DNA from: Acidobacteriota bacterium
GTDB taxonomy: Bacteria; Acidobacteriota; Thermoanaerobaculia; Gp7-AA8
Reading direction: 5' to 3'
Length of the DNA stretch: 64,000 bases
Assembly: GCA_019244185.1 (NCBI GenBank)
Contig: JAFATB010000014.1
Location: 480,001 to 544,000, forward strand
The first letter of the stretch is position 1. The number at the start of each line of letters is the position of its first letter. The notes beneath the pieces were generated by a model, which saw only the letters and a list, made by a program, of their open reading frames with translations, was not told where the DNA came from and did not search any database. This document shows, in pieces, positions 30,891 through 40,392 of the stretch. A program made the position numbers and the translations under genes.

Positions 30891-31265
30891 ATGGCTGTGC
30901 TTCCCAGTTGTCCCGTGCTGGTCGTCCATGAGGACGATGTATTTCGGAAGGCGCTGATCGCGGCGCTGGACCGCGAGTACTTCACGGTCACGTTCACCGC
31001 CGACGGCGAGGGAGCCGTGGCGTTGTTGCGCGAACGCCGCTTCGAGGTCGTGGTCGTGCACGTGCGCGCGACCGACAACGGCAACGGCGGACCGGTGGCC
31101 GCGTTTCTGCGCGAGGCGCGCGCGCGGCTGCGCTGCGGCGTGATCATCCTCGGCGAGCCGGATCCGCAGATTCGCGAAGTCGCCGCGTGGGCGGACGAGA
31201 CGCTGCTCAAGCCGGTCGACGCCGCGTACGTCGCCACGCGCGCGCGGACGTATTGCACGTGCTGA
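30891..31265 (+). CDS. Stand-alone receiver-like (pseudo-receiver) domain
   Basis: VLVVHEDD...ADGEGAVALL...ADETLLKPVD; the phospho-Asp position appears to be His. Confidence 0.72.
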   Translation: MAVLPSCPVLVVHEDDVFRKALIAALDREYFTVTFTADGEGAVALLRERRFEVVVVHVRATDNGNGGPVAAFLREARARLRCGVIILGEPDPQIREVAAWADETLLKPVDAAYVATRARTYCTC

Positions 31266-31339
31266 GCTGCACGTGCTGAGCTGAACCGCCGCGGTTGTTT
31301 CTGCGTCCGCCCGTGCGTCCAACGGTGCGAATGGGAGGA

Positions 31340-32215
31340 ATGGCCGTGAGGAAGTTCGTACCGGTTCTCTTGATGTTGGTCCTGCTCGCCGCGTGCAAGA
31401 AAGGCGAAGGAGTTGCGAGCAACGAGGTGGCGACGCAGGCCGCGCCACCACAGGCACTGCGTGTGGTCGCGGACAAGACGACCGCGCAGGGCGCGACGGC
31501 CGCCGTCGCACAACAGCCCGCGCCGCAGCCGCGCATGATCGTGCGCACCGCGAACGTCCGCATCATCGTCGCCGACACCGCGAAAGCCGTCGACGCGATC
31601 TCGACCGCAGTCGAGGTAAGCGGCGGTTACGTCGCGGATTCGAGCGTCTGGCGCGAAGGCGAGCTGCTGCGCGCGCGGCTCACGCTGCGCGTCCCCGCGG
31701 ACAAGCTGACGCCGACGCTCGCGTCGATCCGCGGCGTTGCCAAGCGCGTCGACAACGAGACGGTGTCCAGCGAAGACGTCTCGCAGGAGTACGTCGATCT
31801 CGCCTCGCAGCTGCGCAATCTCGAAGCGACGGAAATCGAACTGCGCGAGCTGATGACGAGCATCCGCCAGACCGCGCGCAAGGCATCCGAGGTGCTGGAG
31901 GTGCATCAGCAGCTGACCGCGATCCGCGGCGAGATCGAGCGCACGAAAGGCCGCATGCAGTACCTCGGGCAGATGTCGTCGATGTCGACGATCGCGCTCG
32001 AGCTCGTGCCGGACGCCATCGCGCAGCCGGTGGTGCAGCCCGGCTGGCGTCCGTTGGTCGTGCTCCGCGACGCGAGCCGCGCGCTCGTTTCCGCGATGCA
32101 AGGACTTGCAACCGCGGCGATCTGGTTCATCATCTACCTCGCGCCGCTGCTCGTGCTTCTGCTGCTGGTCGTCCTCGGCATCCGGAAGCTCGCGCGGCGC
32201 CTGCGTACCGCATGA
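31340..32215 (+). CDS. DUF4349 family lipoprotein
   Basis: LAAC lipobox; MIVRTA, GGYV, LRVPA, EDVSQEYVDL, GEIE, C-terminal TM. Confidence 0.88.
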   Translation: MAVRKFVPVLLMLVLLAACKKGEGVASNEVATQAAPPQALRVVADKTTAQGATAAVAQQPAPQPRMIVRTANVRIIVADTAKAVDAISTAVEVSGGYVADSSVWREGELLRARLTLRVPADKLTPTLASIRGVAKRVDNETVSSEDVSQEYVDLASQLRNLEATEIELRELMTSIRQTARKASEVLEVHQQLTAIRGEIERTKGRMQYLGQMSSMSTIALELVPDAIAQPVVQPGWRPLVVLRDASRALVSAMQGLATAAIWFIIYLAPLLVLLLLVVLGIRKLARRLRTA

Positions 32216-32706
32216 ACGAGCTCGTCGCCTACTTCGATCGCATCCGCGCGCGCACGATGCGCCTCGTCGCCGTCGTGCCGCCGGATCGCATCGACTGGAC
32301 GTACAAGCCGGGCAAGTTCACATTCGGCGACGTCATGCGGCACCTCGCGGCGATCGAGCGCTGGATGTACGCGGAGAATGCGCAATTCCGGCCGAGCCGC
32401 TACGAGAGCCACGGACGCGAGCTCGCCGACGGCTACGACGCCGTCGTCGCGTACATGCAGCGGATGCACGCGGAGTCGATGGAGATCTTCGCCGCGCTCA
32501 CCGACGAAGAGCTCGAGCGCCGGACGATGACTCCGGGCGGCGCCGAGCTCTCCGTGCGCAAGTGGCTGCGCGCGATGATCGAGCACGAGGTGCATCACCG
32601 CGGGCAGCTCTACCTCTACTGCTCGCTGCTGGACATCCCGACGCCGCCGCTCTACGGCCTCACCTCGGAAGAAGTCGCGGCGCAGTCGGCGTCGGCGAAA
32701 CGTTAG
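32212..32706 (+). CDS. DinB family protein
   Basis: RHLAAIER, EHEVHHRGQL. Confidence 0.9.
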   Translation: MNELVAYFDRIRARTMRLVAVVPPDRIDWTYKPGKFTFGDVMRHLAAIERWMYAENAQFRPSRYESHGRELADGYDAVVAYMQRMHAESMEIFAALTDEELERRTMTPGGAELSVRKWLRAMIEHEVHHRGQLYLYCSLLDIPTPPLYGLTSEEVAAQSASAKR

Positions 32707-33347
32707 CGCAGGTACAGCTTCAGCACGAACGCCGCGCCGATCGCGCCGCCGTTCGTGGTCGGACCGCCGGCCCACCAGACGTTCACGTCGTACGTGCCCG
32801 GCGGGACATCGCCCGGCCCGGTGCCGACGCGCTGGAAGAAGTTGGCGCCGATCTCGTCGACGTCCTTCTCCGCCTCGATCGCCACCGCGGGCGCGGGACG
32901 GCCGAACGGCGTCTCGTAATGCCCGAACATGTGCCGGTGCGCGGCCGTGCCGGCCGCGGTGAGCGTCACCTGAAACATGGTGATGCTCGAGACGCCGTAC
33001 GTCTGGCGGCTGCCGACGAGCGCGCTGAAGTGCGCGTCGAGACACGTGCCGGCGCCGAGCTTCACGCGCGTGGTGAGGATCGGCGTCTTGTCGAACAGAC
33101 CGCCTTCACCGCCGCCCGCCGGCGCGTTCCAGTTCGCGGCCGTGGTCTTGATTCCTTCGAAGCCGACGTCCTGCACGTACGTGATGGGCGCGCGGCACTC
33201 GCTGGCGGCGGGATGCGCGAATGACTTCGCGCCGGGGATCTGCCGCGGCGCCTGCGCGGGTTTGGACAACATGCCTCCGCGCTCCTGCGCGAACGCGCCG
33301 AAACCGCAGAGAACGATGACAACACTGAATGCGATCCTGATCTTCAT
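32703..33347 (-). CDS. Exported hypothetical protein
   Basis: Sec signal ending AFA; GGAGG SD; PGTYDVNVWW. Confidence 0.75.
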   Translation of the reverse strand: MKIRIAFSVVIVLCGFGAFAQERGGMLSKPAQAPRQIPGAKSFAHPAASECRAPITYVQDVGFEGIKTTAANWNAPAGGGEGGLFDKTPILTTRVKLGAGTCLDAHFSALVGSRQTYGVSSITMFQVTLTAAGTAAHRHMFGHYETPFGRPAPAVAIEAEKDVDEIGANFFQRVGTGPGDVPPGTYDVNVWWAGGPTTNGGAIGAAFVLKLYLR

Positions 33348-33414
33348 GGAACGCACCTCCTTGTCCGGATAGTGCGTCCCGCGGCGGAACCGTTTCAGCG
33401 TGCGTTCTAGCGTT

Positions 33415-35631
33415 TCAGTGCACGGCGCGGCGCTTCGGCGGCACGCGCGTGAGCGTCACGTGCGTGGTCTGTCCGCTGTTGCGCGGAATCGTCAGCACCG
33501 TGCCGTGCGCGGTGCGCGACGAACGCACGTCGCTCGTGTTGAACGCGCCCGGAAGCGTGAGCTGGAACGAGCCGCTGGCATTCGCGCTCGGATCGGCGGC
33601 GTAGAGTTGCATCGTGTTGAAGTCGCCGGTCATGTAGACGACGGCCGCCGCGCTCGACGAAATGCCTTCGACGCTGCCCGCGCGCCAGAAGGCGATGCCG
33701 AGCGCATTCGTGCGCGTGTCGCGCACCGCGCTGACCGTGTCGTCGTTCGCGACGATCGCAAGCGGACGCGAGGCCGCCCACGCGCGCATCTGCGACGACG
33801 TCACGTTCGGCACGATCGCGTACTCGGCGGTCGCATTCACGGGACTCGTGCCGTGATCGAAGCGCAGCGTGACGAACGACTTCGTGTGCGGCGTCGTATC
33901 GCTCGAGCCGCCGAGGGCTGCCCAGGTGCCGGTGCGCGTCTCGCGCGAGGTCTGCACCGCGTCGGCGCCGCCGGGGAACCAGTAGCCGACGTTTTCGAGC
34001 TGCGCCCAGTCGGTGCCGCGCGCGAGCTGCGACGTTTCATTTACGAGCGGCCACTGATTGACGATCGTTTCGACGCGATTGCCGCTCAGCGCGGTGATGT
34101 CGTTCGCGAGGAAGACGATCGCGTCGTCGAAGAAGAACCACGACTTCTTCGCGGTCATCGACGATCCGAGCGGCGCGAGCTCCATCGCGGAGACGCCGTT
34201 CTGCGCGTCGCCGGTGCCGCCCGCATACGAGCGCGTGCCGAGGCCGTAGAGATCGTTCGCGGTGTCGGCTTTCTGTTCGACCGTGATGCCGGGGAGGCGC
34301 GTCCAGTCGAGCGCCGGCCAGACGTCCTGGTTGAAGTATTCATCGCCGCGGATGACGAGATAAAGACGTCCGTCCGACTGCCGCGCGCCGTGGAGATTCT
34401 CTTCGTTCGTTTTCTCGCCGGACTTCGTGCGCGTGGAGAACATCTTGATCGACGCGAACCAGTTGGGCCGGCGGTGCACGGTGTAATCGGACGTGAAGTA
34501 GTGGCGATGGCCGGACGGCCACGCCGCGGCGAAGCGCGCGCTCTCGATCTGCGCGGCGAGGCCCGCGAGCTCGGTCGGCATCGTGCCGTGCCACGTCTCG
34601 AGCGCTTTCGCGGCCGAGGCGCGGAGCTCGTTCGCGCGCGGGGACGCGAACTGCGAGGCCTGCAGCAGCGCGGCCACGCCGTTGTAGCCGCTCGTCGTCG
34701 GACGCGCGACTTCGCGGCTGATGACGGAGACGTCGAAGTAGTTGCCGTACAGCGACCACGCGATGCCGTCCTGTACGTAATCCGCGAACGCGGAGAGCGC
34801 GTCCGACGTCAGCTCGTACGGCGTATTGCGCGTGAGCAGCGCGTAGCGCGCGAAGTCGTTCGCGAACGAGCCGCCGTAGCCGCCGGTGTAGAGCTGCGCG
34901 CCGTGCTGGTGGAACGAGCGGTCGCTCTGGATGCCGTCGCCGGTGGTCGTGCGCGTGACGCCGCTCATCGCGTCGCGCACCGCCGCGAGCATCGTCGCGT
35001 CGTTCTTCAGGATGCCGAGCGAGAGATGCGTGTAGCAGGACCAGACGAGGTTCTCGCCGGTCGGTGTCGGACCGATGATGCCGCGCGACGCCGGCGAGCT
35101 GCCGATGCGCACGTACATCGCGGTCGTGAGATCGCTCAGCGTCTGCGGATCGATCTCGTCGCGCATGAGCACGAGCGTCGGTCCGAGGTCGAGCGGAATG
35201 CCCATCGTCCAGAACCACCAGTTGCCGGTGGGGATGATGGTCGCGCCGTAGAACTTCTTCTCGTACGCGAGCGCCGCGTCGATCTGCGTGCGCAGCCGCG
35301 CGTCGCGATAGAACGCCTGCCCCGGCGTCTGGTACGCCTTGGCCATCACCAGCGCGCGCTGCGAGTGACTCCACGGGCTCCAGCTGCCGTCGGGCGTTTC
35401 GCTGTAATTGACGTCGGACCAGCTGCCGTCGTCGCGCAGGAATCCCGCGGCGGTGATGCCGCGCGTTTCCGCCTCGAGGTTCTGCAGCGCCTCGGTCATG
35501 CGCGGCGTCGTGCGATCGGCGCCGGCGGCGGTGTAGAACGCGACGAACTGCTGGCGAAGCACGTCGGACGCCGACGCGGAAAGCGACGCGAAGGAGAGCA
35601 AAAGCAGCGCGAGGGAAAGGGTCCGTTTCAT
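33415..35631 (-). CDS. Polysaccharide lyase family 8 (chondroitin/hyaluronate/xanthan lyase)
   Basis: NWW...IGIP-like motif, TGEN, DGIQSDRSFHQH...YTGGYG, SREVAR, DWTRLPGIT, KKSWFFFDD. Confidence 0.92.
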   Translation of the reverse strand: MKRTLSLALLLLSFASLSASASDVLRQQFVAFYTAAGADRTTPRMTEALQNLEAETRGITAAGFLRDDGSWSDVNYSETPDGSWSPWSHSQRALVMAKAYQTPGQAFYRDARLRTQIDAALAYEKKFYGATIIPTGNWWFWTMGIPLDLGPTLVLMRDEIDPQTLSDLTTAMYVRIGSSPASRGIIGPTPTGENLVWSCYTHLSLGILKNDATMLAAVRDAMSGVTRTTTGDGIQSDRSFHQHGAQLYTGGYGGSFANDFARYALLTRNTPYELTSDALSAFADYVQDGIAWSLYGNYFDVSVISREVARPTTSGYNGVAALLQASQFASPRANELRASAAKALETWHGTMPTELAGLAAQIESARFAAAWPSGHRHYFTSDYTVHRRPNWFASIKMFSTRTKSGEKTNEENLHGARQSDGRLYLVIRGDEYFNQDVWPALDWTRLPGITVEQKADTANDLYGLGTRSYAGGTGDAQNGVSAMELAPLGSSMTAKKSWFFFDDAIVFLANDITALSGNRVETIVNQWPLVNETSQLARGTDWAQLENVGYWFPGGADAVQTSRETRTGTWAALGGSSDTTPHTKSFVTLRFDHGTSPVNATAEYAIVPNVTSSQMRAWAASRPLAIVANDDTVSAVRDTRTNALGIAFWRAGSVEGISSSAAAVVYMTGDFNTMQLYAADPSANASGSFQLTLPGAFNTSDVRSSRTAHGTVLTIPRNSGQTTHVTLTRVPPKRRAVH

Positions 35632-35647
35632 GGTCTCGGAGAAACAA

Positions 35648-35672
35648 AAAGGACGGCGCTACGCCGTCCTTT
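35648..35672 (-). terminator. Intrinsic terminator downstream of csp
   Basis: AAAGGACGGCG-CTA-CGCCGTCCTTT; U-rich tail on the minus strand. Confidence 0.85.
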
Positions 35673-35696
35673 CATCCATTGTGGTTCTGTCGTTGA

Positions 35697-35900
35697 TTAG
35701 ACGGGAACGACGTTCGCGGCCTGCAGGCCCTTGGGTCCCTGGACGAGATCGAACTCGACCTGAGCTCCCTCGGCGAGCGAGCGGAAGCCCTTCGACTGAA
35801 TCGCCGAGAAATGGACGAAGACGTCTTCGCCTCCCTCGGTAGTGATGAAGCCGAAGCCTTTTGCGTCGTTGAACCACTTGACTTTACCGGTGCTACGCAT
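35697..35900 (-). CDS. cspA: Cold-shock protein
   Basis: [35 protein letters not shown]; relatively AT-rich ~120-nt upstream region. Confidence 0.97.
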   Translation of the reverse strand: MRSTGKVKWFNDAKGFGFITTEGGEDVFVHFSAIQSKGFRSLAEGAQVEFDLVQGPKGLQAANVVPV

Positions 35901-36022
35901 ACCTCGAGGTTCTCCTTCTTCTGACGACCGTACGTGATTGGACTGCACGGAGATCAACGCGTGCCGATCGCAACACCTCATTTCGACAAATAAATTTCAA
36001 GGCATTACGCGGGGCGCAAAGT

Positions 36023-38293
36023 TTACCCTGCGGTGAAGTAGACGTTCTGTTCGCGACCGCACATAGCGCACTGGCGCGTGACGATGGTCATGTCGCGCTC
36101 GCCATACCGCGCGCGCTGCAGCTCGGGCACCGACCACGCGCGCGTGCCGCACGTGCAGGCGAGACCGGCGAGATGCGCGTCGATGCCGGTGCGGTCTGCG
36201 ACGGCGACCGCGACGGCGGGCGCCTCGCCGGGACGGAAGCCGACCCGCGGCACGACGGCCGTGGCGCGACGCTTCGAGCGCGTGGCGAATAATCCCGACG
36301 CTCCGAAGACGAGCGCCACGATCAAGAGGCCGACGCCCCACTTCAGCGGCGACGCGGCCGCGCTCGCGGCGGCGACCGGCTGCTCGCGCTGCACGCGCGC
36401 GCCGTCGGGCGAGAGTCGGTAGCCGAGGGAATCCCAGATCGCGTTGATCTGCGTGAGGTGTTCGGGGACGTCATGGACGTCGACGTAGTCGCGGCGCGCG
36501 CGCAGCGACTTGCGCAGCCAGACGCTGCGGCCGTCGCTGTCGACGACCGACTCGTAGCGGAACGTCGGCGTCTCGGTGACGCTCTTCGTCTTCTCGATGT
36601 CTATGCGCTCGGGCAGATGGAACGTCACGGTCTGCCGCACGTCGAGCGGATAGTCGAACGCGAGCGGCATCGAGCGGATCATCGTGTCGGGGCGATCGAA
36701 GTGCGCGTCGAGCACGCGCGGATACCACGTCCAGTTGCCGTCGTTCCAGAGGTCGGGGATGCGGTAGTGCTCGTTGACGACGATGACGTCGCGCAGGCGG
36801 TCGTCGTCGATCTTCGGCGCGCCGGCGGACGCGATCTTCGGCTGATCGGCGGCGAGGTCGTTGATGCGGTCGTGCGCGAAGTCCTCGACCGACATCCGCG
36901 CCAGCGACGCGCGCATGTCGTCGGCGTCGGCGCCGGTGTAGGTCGTCTTCACGTCGAGCAGCGTCGGCTTCGCGTAGTCGGTGGTCGTGTACGTCTGCTC
37001 GACGACGGTCGAGCCCTGCTCGTTGGTGACGATGTTCGCGAGCGCGCGCGTCTCCGGACGCACGACCAGCGCGCGGCGGTCGTTCGGCGTCTCGAGCGTG
37101 CGCAGCGTGCCGCCCTGATCGGCGATCGTGCCGTCGACCCAGTACGTGCGGCCGCCGTCGATGACCTGCGTGATCACGTGATCGAAGAGGAACGGCGAGG
37201 GGAGGCGATCGGCGAGCCGTTCGCGCAGGCGCGTGTTGACGAGCGCGGGATACGCCTCGAGGCCGAGCTCGCGCAGCAGCGCGACGAGCAGGAACGTTTT
37301 GTCCTTGCAGTCGCCGTAGCGCTGGTCGAGCGTTTCCGACGGCTGATGCGGCTCGTGCGAGTTGCGGCCGAACTCGATGCCGAGGTAGCGGACGTCGTCC
37401 TGCACGAACCGGATGGCGGCGGTGATGCGCGCGTCGCGGTTCGGGTTCTCGCGCGTGAGGCGCGCGGCGAGCGCGCGCACGGCGTCGCGCGAGCGCGCGT
37501 CGAGCTGGAACATCGCGTCGGACCAGCGGGCGACGTCGTTCCAGCTCGCGAAGTCGGTGACCTGCACGAGGTCCCACGGCTCGTACCACGACGGGATCGC
37601 GTCCTCGACGTCGAGCGCGTGCACGTTCGCGCGCTCCCACACGAGCTCCTGTTCGGCGCCATACGGCGTGATGCGCGGCCGCGTGCCGCGCCAGAAGAGC
37701 GGGCGATTTGCGGGGAAGAGCAGGCGGCAGCGCACGCGCCGGGTGGGCACGGCGGAGCTGAGGTCGTACGAGTCGGCGTAGCGACCGTCGAGCAGCGGAT
37801 TGTCGCCGTCGATCGACCACGCGTAGTCGATGACGTCGCCGGGACGAACATCCTTGAGGAAGACCAGCGCGCTGCGCTCGCCATCGTAGATGTCCTCGTC
37901 CGCATCCTCTTCTTTGTCGACGACGCGCACGGCGTCCGGCTCCAGCGCGTCGACGCGTTTGCCATCGCGGACGATCGTGATCGCGTGCAGCGTCAGCCGC
38001 TCGTACGACGGATCGAAGTCGAGCGAGAGCTCGGAGGCGTTCTGCACGCCGCTCGGCGAGAGCACTTTGCGCACGGTGCGGTGAAAGTGCGACGTCGTGC
38101 GATCGGCGACGCGCACCTGATGGTCTTCGAGGATGTCGTAGATGCCCCAGCGGACGTTCGACTTCGCGACGGAGAGCGTCGTGTCGGCGTCGGCGCGATC
38201 GACCCACGCCGGAACCGGGCGCACGTCGAACTCGCGCGCGGAGGCCGCGAACGCGACGAGCGAACAGAGGAAGAGGAGAATCGTGGACCGCAC
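36023..38293 (-). CDS. DUF3857 plus transglutaminase-like protein with TM and C-terminal Cys4 domain
   Basis: RPGDVIDY, FVQDDVRY, GDCKDK, FDHVI, WVDGT; TM near the C-terminus; CTCG...CAMCG. Confidence 0.88.
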   Translation of the reverse strand: MRSTILLFLCSLVAFAASAREFDVRPVPAWVDRADADTTLSVAKSNVRWGIYDILEDHQVRVADRTTSHFHRTVRKVLSPSGVQNASELSLDFDPSYERLTLHAITIVRDGKRVDALEPDAVRVVDKEEDADEDIYDGERSALVFLKDVRPGDVIDYAWSIDGDNPLLDGRYADSYDLSSAVPTRRVRCRLLFPANRPLFWRGTRPRITPYGAEQELVWERANVHALDVEDAIPSWYEPWDLVQVTDFASWNDVARWSDAMFQLDARSRDAVRALAARLTRENPNRDARITAAIRFVQDDVRYLGIEFGRNSHEPHQPSETLDQRYGDCKDKTFLLVALLRELGLEAYPALVNTRLRERLADRLPSPFLFDHVITQVIDGGRTYWVDGTIADQGGTLRTLETPNDRRALVVRPETRALANIVTNEQGSTVVEQTYTTTDYAKPTLLDVKTTYTGADADDMRASLARMSVEDFAHDRINDLAADQPKIASAGAPKIDDDRLRDVIVVNEHYRIPDLWNDGNWTWYPRVLDAHFDRPDTMIRSMPLAFDYPLDVRQTVTFHLPERIDIEKTKSVTETPTFRYESVVDSDGRSVWLRKSLRARRDYVDVHDVPEHLTQINAIWDSLGYRLSPDGARVQREQPVAAASAAASPLKWGVGLLIVALVFGASGLFATRSKRRATAVVPRVGFRPGEAPAVAVAVADRTGIDAHLAGLACTCGTRAWSVPELQRARYGERDMTIVTRQCAMCGREQNVYFTAG

Positions 38294-38311
38294 GAGGCCG
38301 AGGATTGTAAG

Positions 38312-38932
38312 TTATTTGGTAGCCCACGAACAGATGAGGCAGGCCTTTGAGTCGTGTCCGCGCGCCGGACAGTACTCGCGGCCGAAGTAGATCAGCTGCA
38401 GGTGCCGCTTGCCCCATTCTTCCGGCGGGAAGAGCTTCTTGAGATCGCGCTCGGTCTGCTCGACGCTCTTGCCGTTCGAGAGACGCCAGCGCTGCGCGAG
38501 GCGATGGATGTGCGTGTCGACGGCGAACGCGGGCGTGCCGAACGCCTGCGACATCACCACGCTCGCGGTCTTGTGGCCGACGCCGGGCAGCGTCTCGAGC
38601 GCCTCCATGTCGCGCGGCACCGTGCCGCCGTAGTCGTCGACGAGCGTCTGCGAGAGCTTCTTGATGTTGCGCGCTTTCGACGGCGCGAGGCCGCAGCTGC
38701 GAATTGCGCCGAGGATCTCCGCTTCGCTCAGCTTCGCCATCGCGTGCGGTGTCGACGCGAGGGCGAAGAGCGCGGGCGTGACTTTGTTGACCTGGACGTC
38801 GGTGGTTTGTGCGGACATCAGCACCGCGACGAGAAGGGTGAACGGATCGCGATGCTCCAGCGGAATCGGTGGCGTCGGATACAGCTCGTCAAGAATCTCA
38901 CCGATGCGTTTCGCTTTGTCCGCACGCTTCAT
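38312..38932 (-). CDS. nth: Endonuclease III
   Basis: LLVAVLMSAQTTD, LPGVGHKTA (HhH), AVDTHIHR, FGREYCPAR. Confidence 0.95.
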   Translation of the reverse strand: MKRADKAKRIGEILDELYPTPPIPLEHRDPFTLLVAVLMSAQTTDVQVNKVTPALFALASTPHAMAKLSEAEILGAIRSCGLAPSKARNIKKLSQTLVDDYGGTVPRDMEALETLPGVGHKTASVVMSQAFGTPAFAVDTHIHRLAQRWRLSNGKSVEQTERDLKKLFPPEEWGKRHLQLIYFGREYCPARGHDSKACLICSWATK

Positions 38933-39462
38933 CGCGCATCCTCGGATGCGCGCCACTGCTCGACGAACACCGGCAGCGGCGGCGAGGTCGTCTCGGCGAT
39001 GTCCATCATCGCCAGCACGTCGCGCGGCGGAATCGTTCCCTGCTTGCTGCGAATGACGGTGCGTGCATGTGCGACCGCACAGAATTCGGCGGCGCCCTTT
39101 TCAGCGTTGCGCTTTTCGACGATGTGCTCGAGGTAGAACCAACGCTCGTCCCAGCCGACGAGCCGCGTGCGGATCGTGAAGCGCTCGAACGGCAGCACCG
39201 ACTTGCGATAGCGCACCACGATGCCGCCCATCACCGGACGCCAGCCGCGCGCGAGCATGCGCCGGATCAGCCGCATGCGTCCGATCAGCTCGATGCGCGC
39301 GATGTCCATGAACGAGACGAAGCGCCCCGCGTTGAGATGGAAGTTGAGATCGCAGTCGGTGGGCAGCGCGGTGAAGGTGACCTGCGATTCGTCGAGCGTG
39401 CCGAGGCGCTTCCTCAGCACGCTCGCGAACATGGCCAGGAGAAACCGCGGCAGCAGCAGCAT
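38929..39462 (-). CDS. Hotdog-fold acyl-CoA thioesterase-like protein
   Basis: PTDCDLNFHLNAGRF..MDIAR; TRLVGWDERWFYLEH. Confidence 0.85.
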   Translation of the reverse strand: MLLLPRFLLAMFASVLRKRLGTLDESQVTFTALPTDCDLNFHLNAGRFVSFMDIARIELIGRMRLIRRMLARGWRPVMGGIVVRYRKSVLPFERFTIRTRLVGWDERWFYLEHIVEKRNAEKGAAEFCAVAHARTVIRSKQGTIPPRDVLAMMDIAETTSPPLPVFVEQWRASEDAR

Positions 39463-40157
39463 CAGTCGAGATCGAAGAGCAGCGCCTCGGCGCCGCGTCC
39501 CACGATCGTAACCGATGCCTCGTCTTCGATGGCCGCGCCGTCGCCCGCGCGGAGCGTCGTGCCGTTGACGTCCACTTCGCCGCGCGCGACCTGCAGCCAG
39601 CCCGCGCGGTTCGGCGCGAACGCGTGCGTCACCGACGCGTCGCCGTCGAGCAGCGTCGAATAGACGGACACGTTCTGATGGATCGTCACCGAGCCGTCGC
39701 GGCCGTCGGGCGAGGCGACGAGGCGCAGCGTGTTGTGGCGCGCGTTCTCATCGAAATGCTTCTCTTCGTAGCCGGGGGTGAGGCCGCGGCGCTCGGGGAG
39801 AATCCAGATCTGCAGAAAGTGCACGCCCTCGTCTTCCGACGGATTCATCTCGCTGTGCAGTACGCCGGTGCCGGCGCTCATGCGCTGCACGTCGCCGGGA
39901 CGGATCGCGGAGCCGTTGCCCATCGAGTCGCGGTGCGCGAGCGTGCCCTCGAGCACGTACGAGAGGATCTCCATGTCGCGGTGGCCGTGCGTGCCGAAGC
40001 CGACGCCCGCCTTCACGCGATCCTCATTGATGACGCGCAGCGAGCGGAAGCCCATGAAGCGCGGATCGTGGTAATCGGCGAAGGAAAACGTGTGGTACGT
40101 GTTGAGCCAGCCGTGGTCGAAATGACCGCGCTCGTCGGCGCGGCGGACGGTGATCAT
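39462..40157 (-). CDS. yhhW: Pirin family protein
   Basis: HTFSFADY, LRVINED, HGHRDMEI, MSAGTGVLHSE, FLQIWI; AGGAGG SD. Confidence 0.93.
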   Translation of the reverse strand: MITVRRADERGHFDHGWLNTYHTFSFADYHDPRFMGFRSLRVINEDRVKAGVGFGTHGHRDMEILSYVLEGTLAHRDSMGNGSAIRPGDVQRMSAGTGVLHSEMNPSEDEGVHFLQIWILPERRGLTPGYEEKHFDENARHNTLRLVASPDGRDGSVTIHQNVSVYSTLLDGDASVTHAFAPNRAGWLQVARGEVDVNGTTLRAGDGAAIEDEASVTIVGRGAEALLFDLD

Positions 40158-40212
40158 CGTGTGCCTCCTGCCACCAGCAACAAGCATGCATTCCCGCTAT
40201 GATGCTCCGCCA

Positions 40213-40392
40213 ATGCACGACGAGCCTCCGCCGCGCGAGCTTCCGGAGCGCACCGGCAAGCATTACTGCGTGACGTGCCTCGCGCAGGTGCCGGCCGACG
40301 AGTATTTCGCGAACGATCACATCTGCAATGCCTGCGCGTTGAAAGAGAGCGAGAAAGAAGCAGGCAATGAGCCGCGTCGCCGTCGTCCATGA
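40213..40392 (+). CDS. Small CxxC/CxxC Zn-ribbon protein
   Basis: HYCVTC-X15-CNAC; TATGAT 9 nt upstream. Confidence 0.65.
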   Translation: MHDEPPPRELPERTGKHYCVTCLAQVPADEYFANDHICNACALKESEKEAGNEPRRRRP

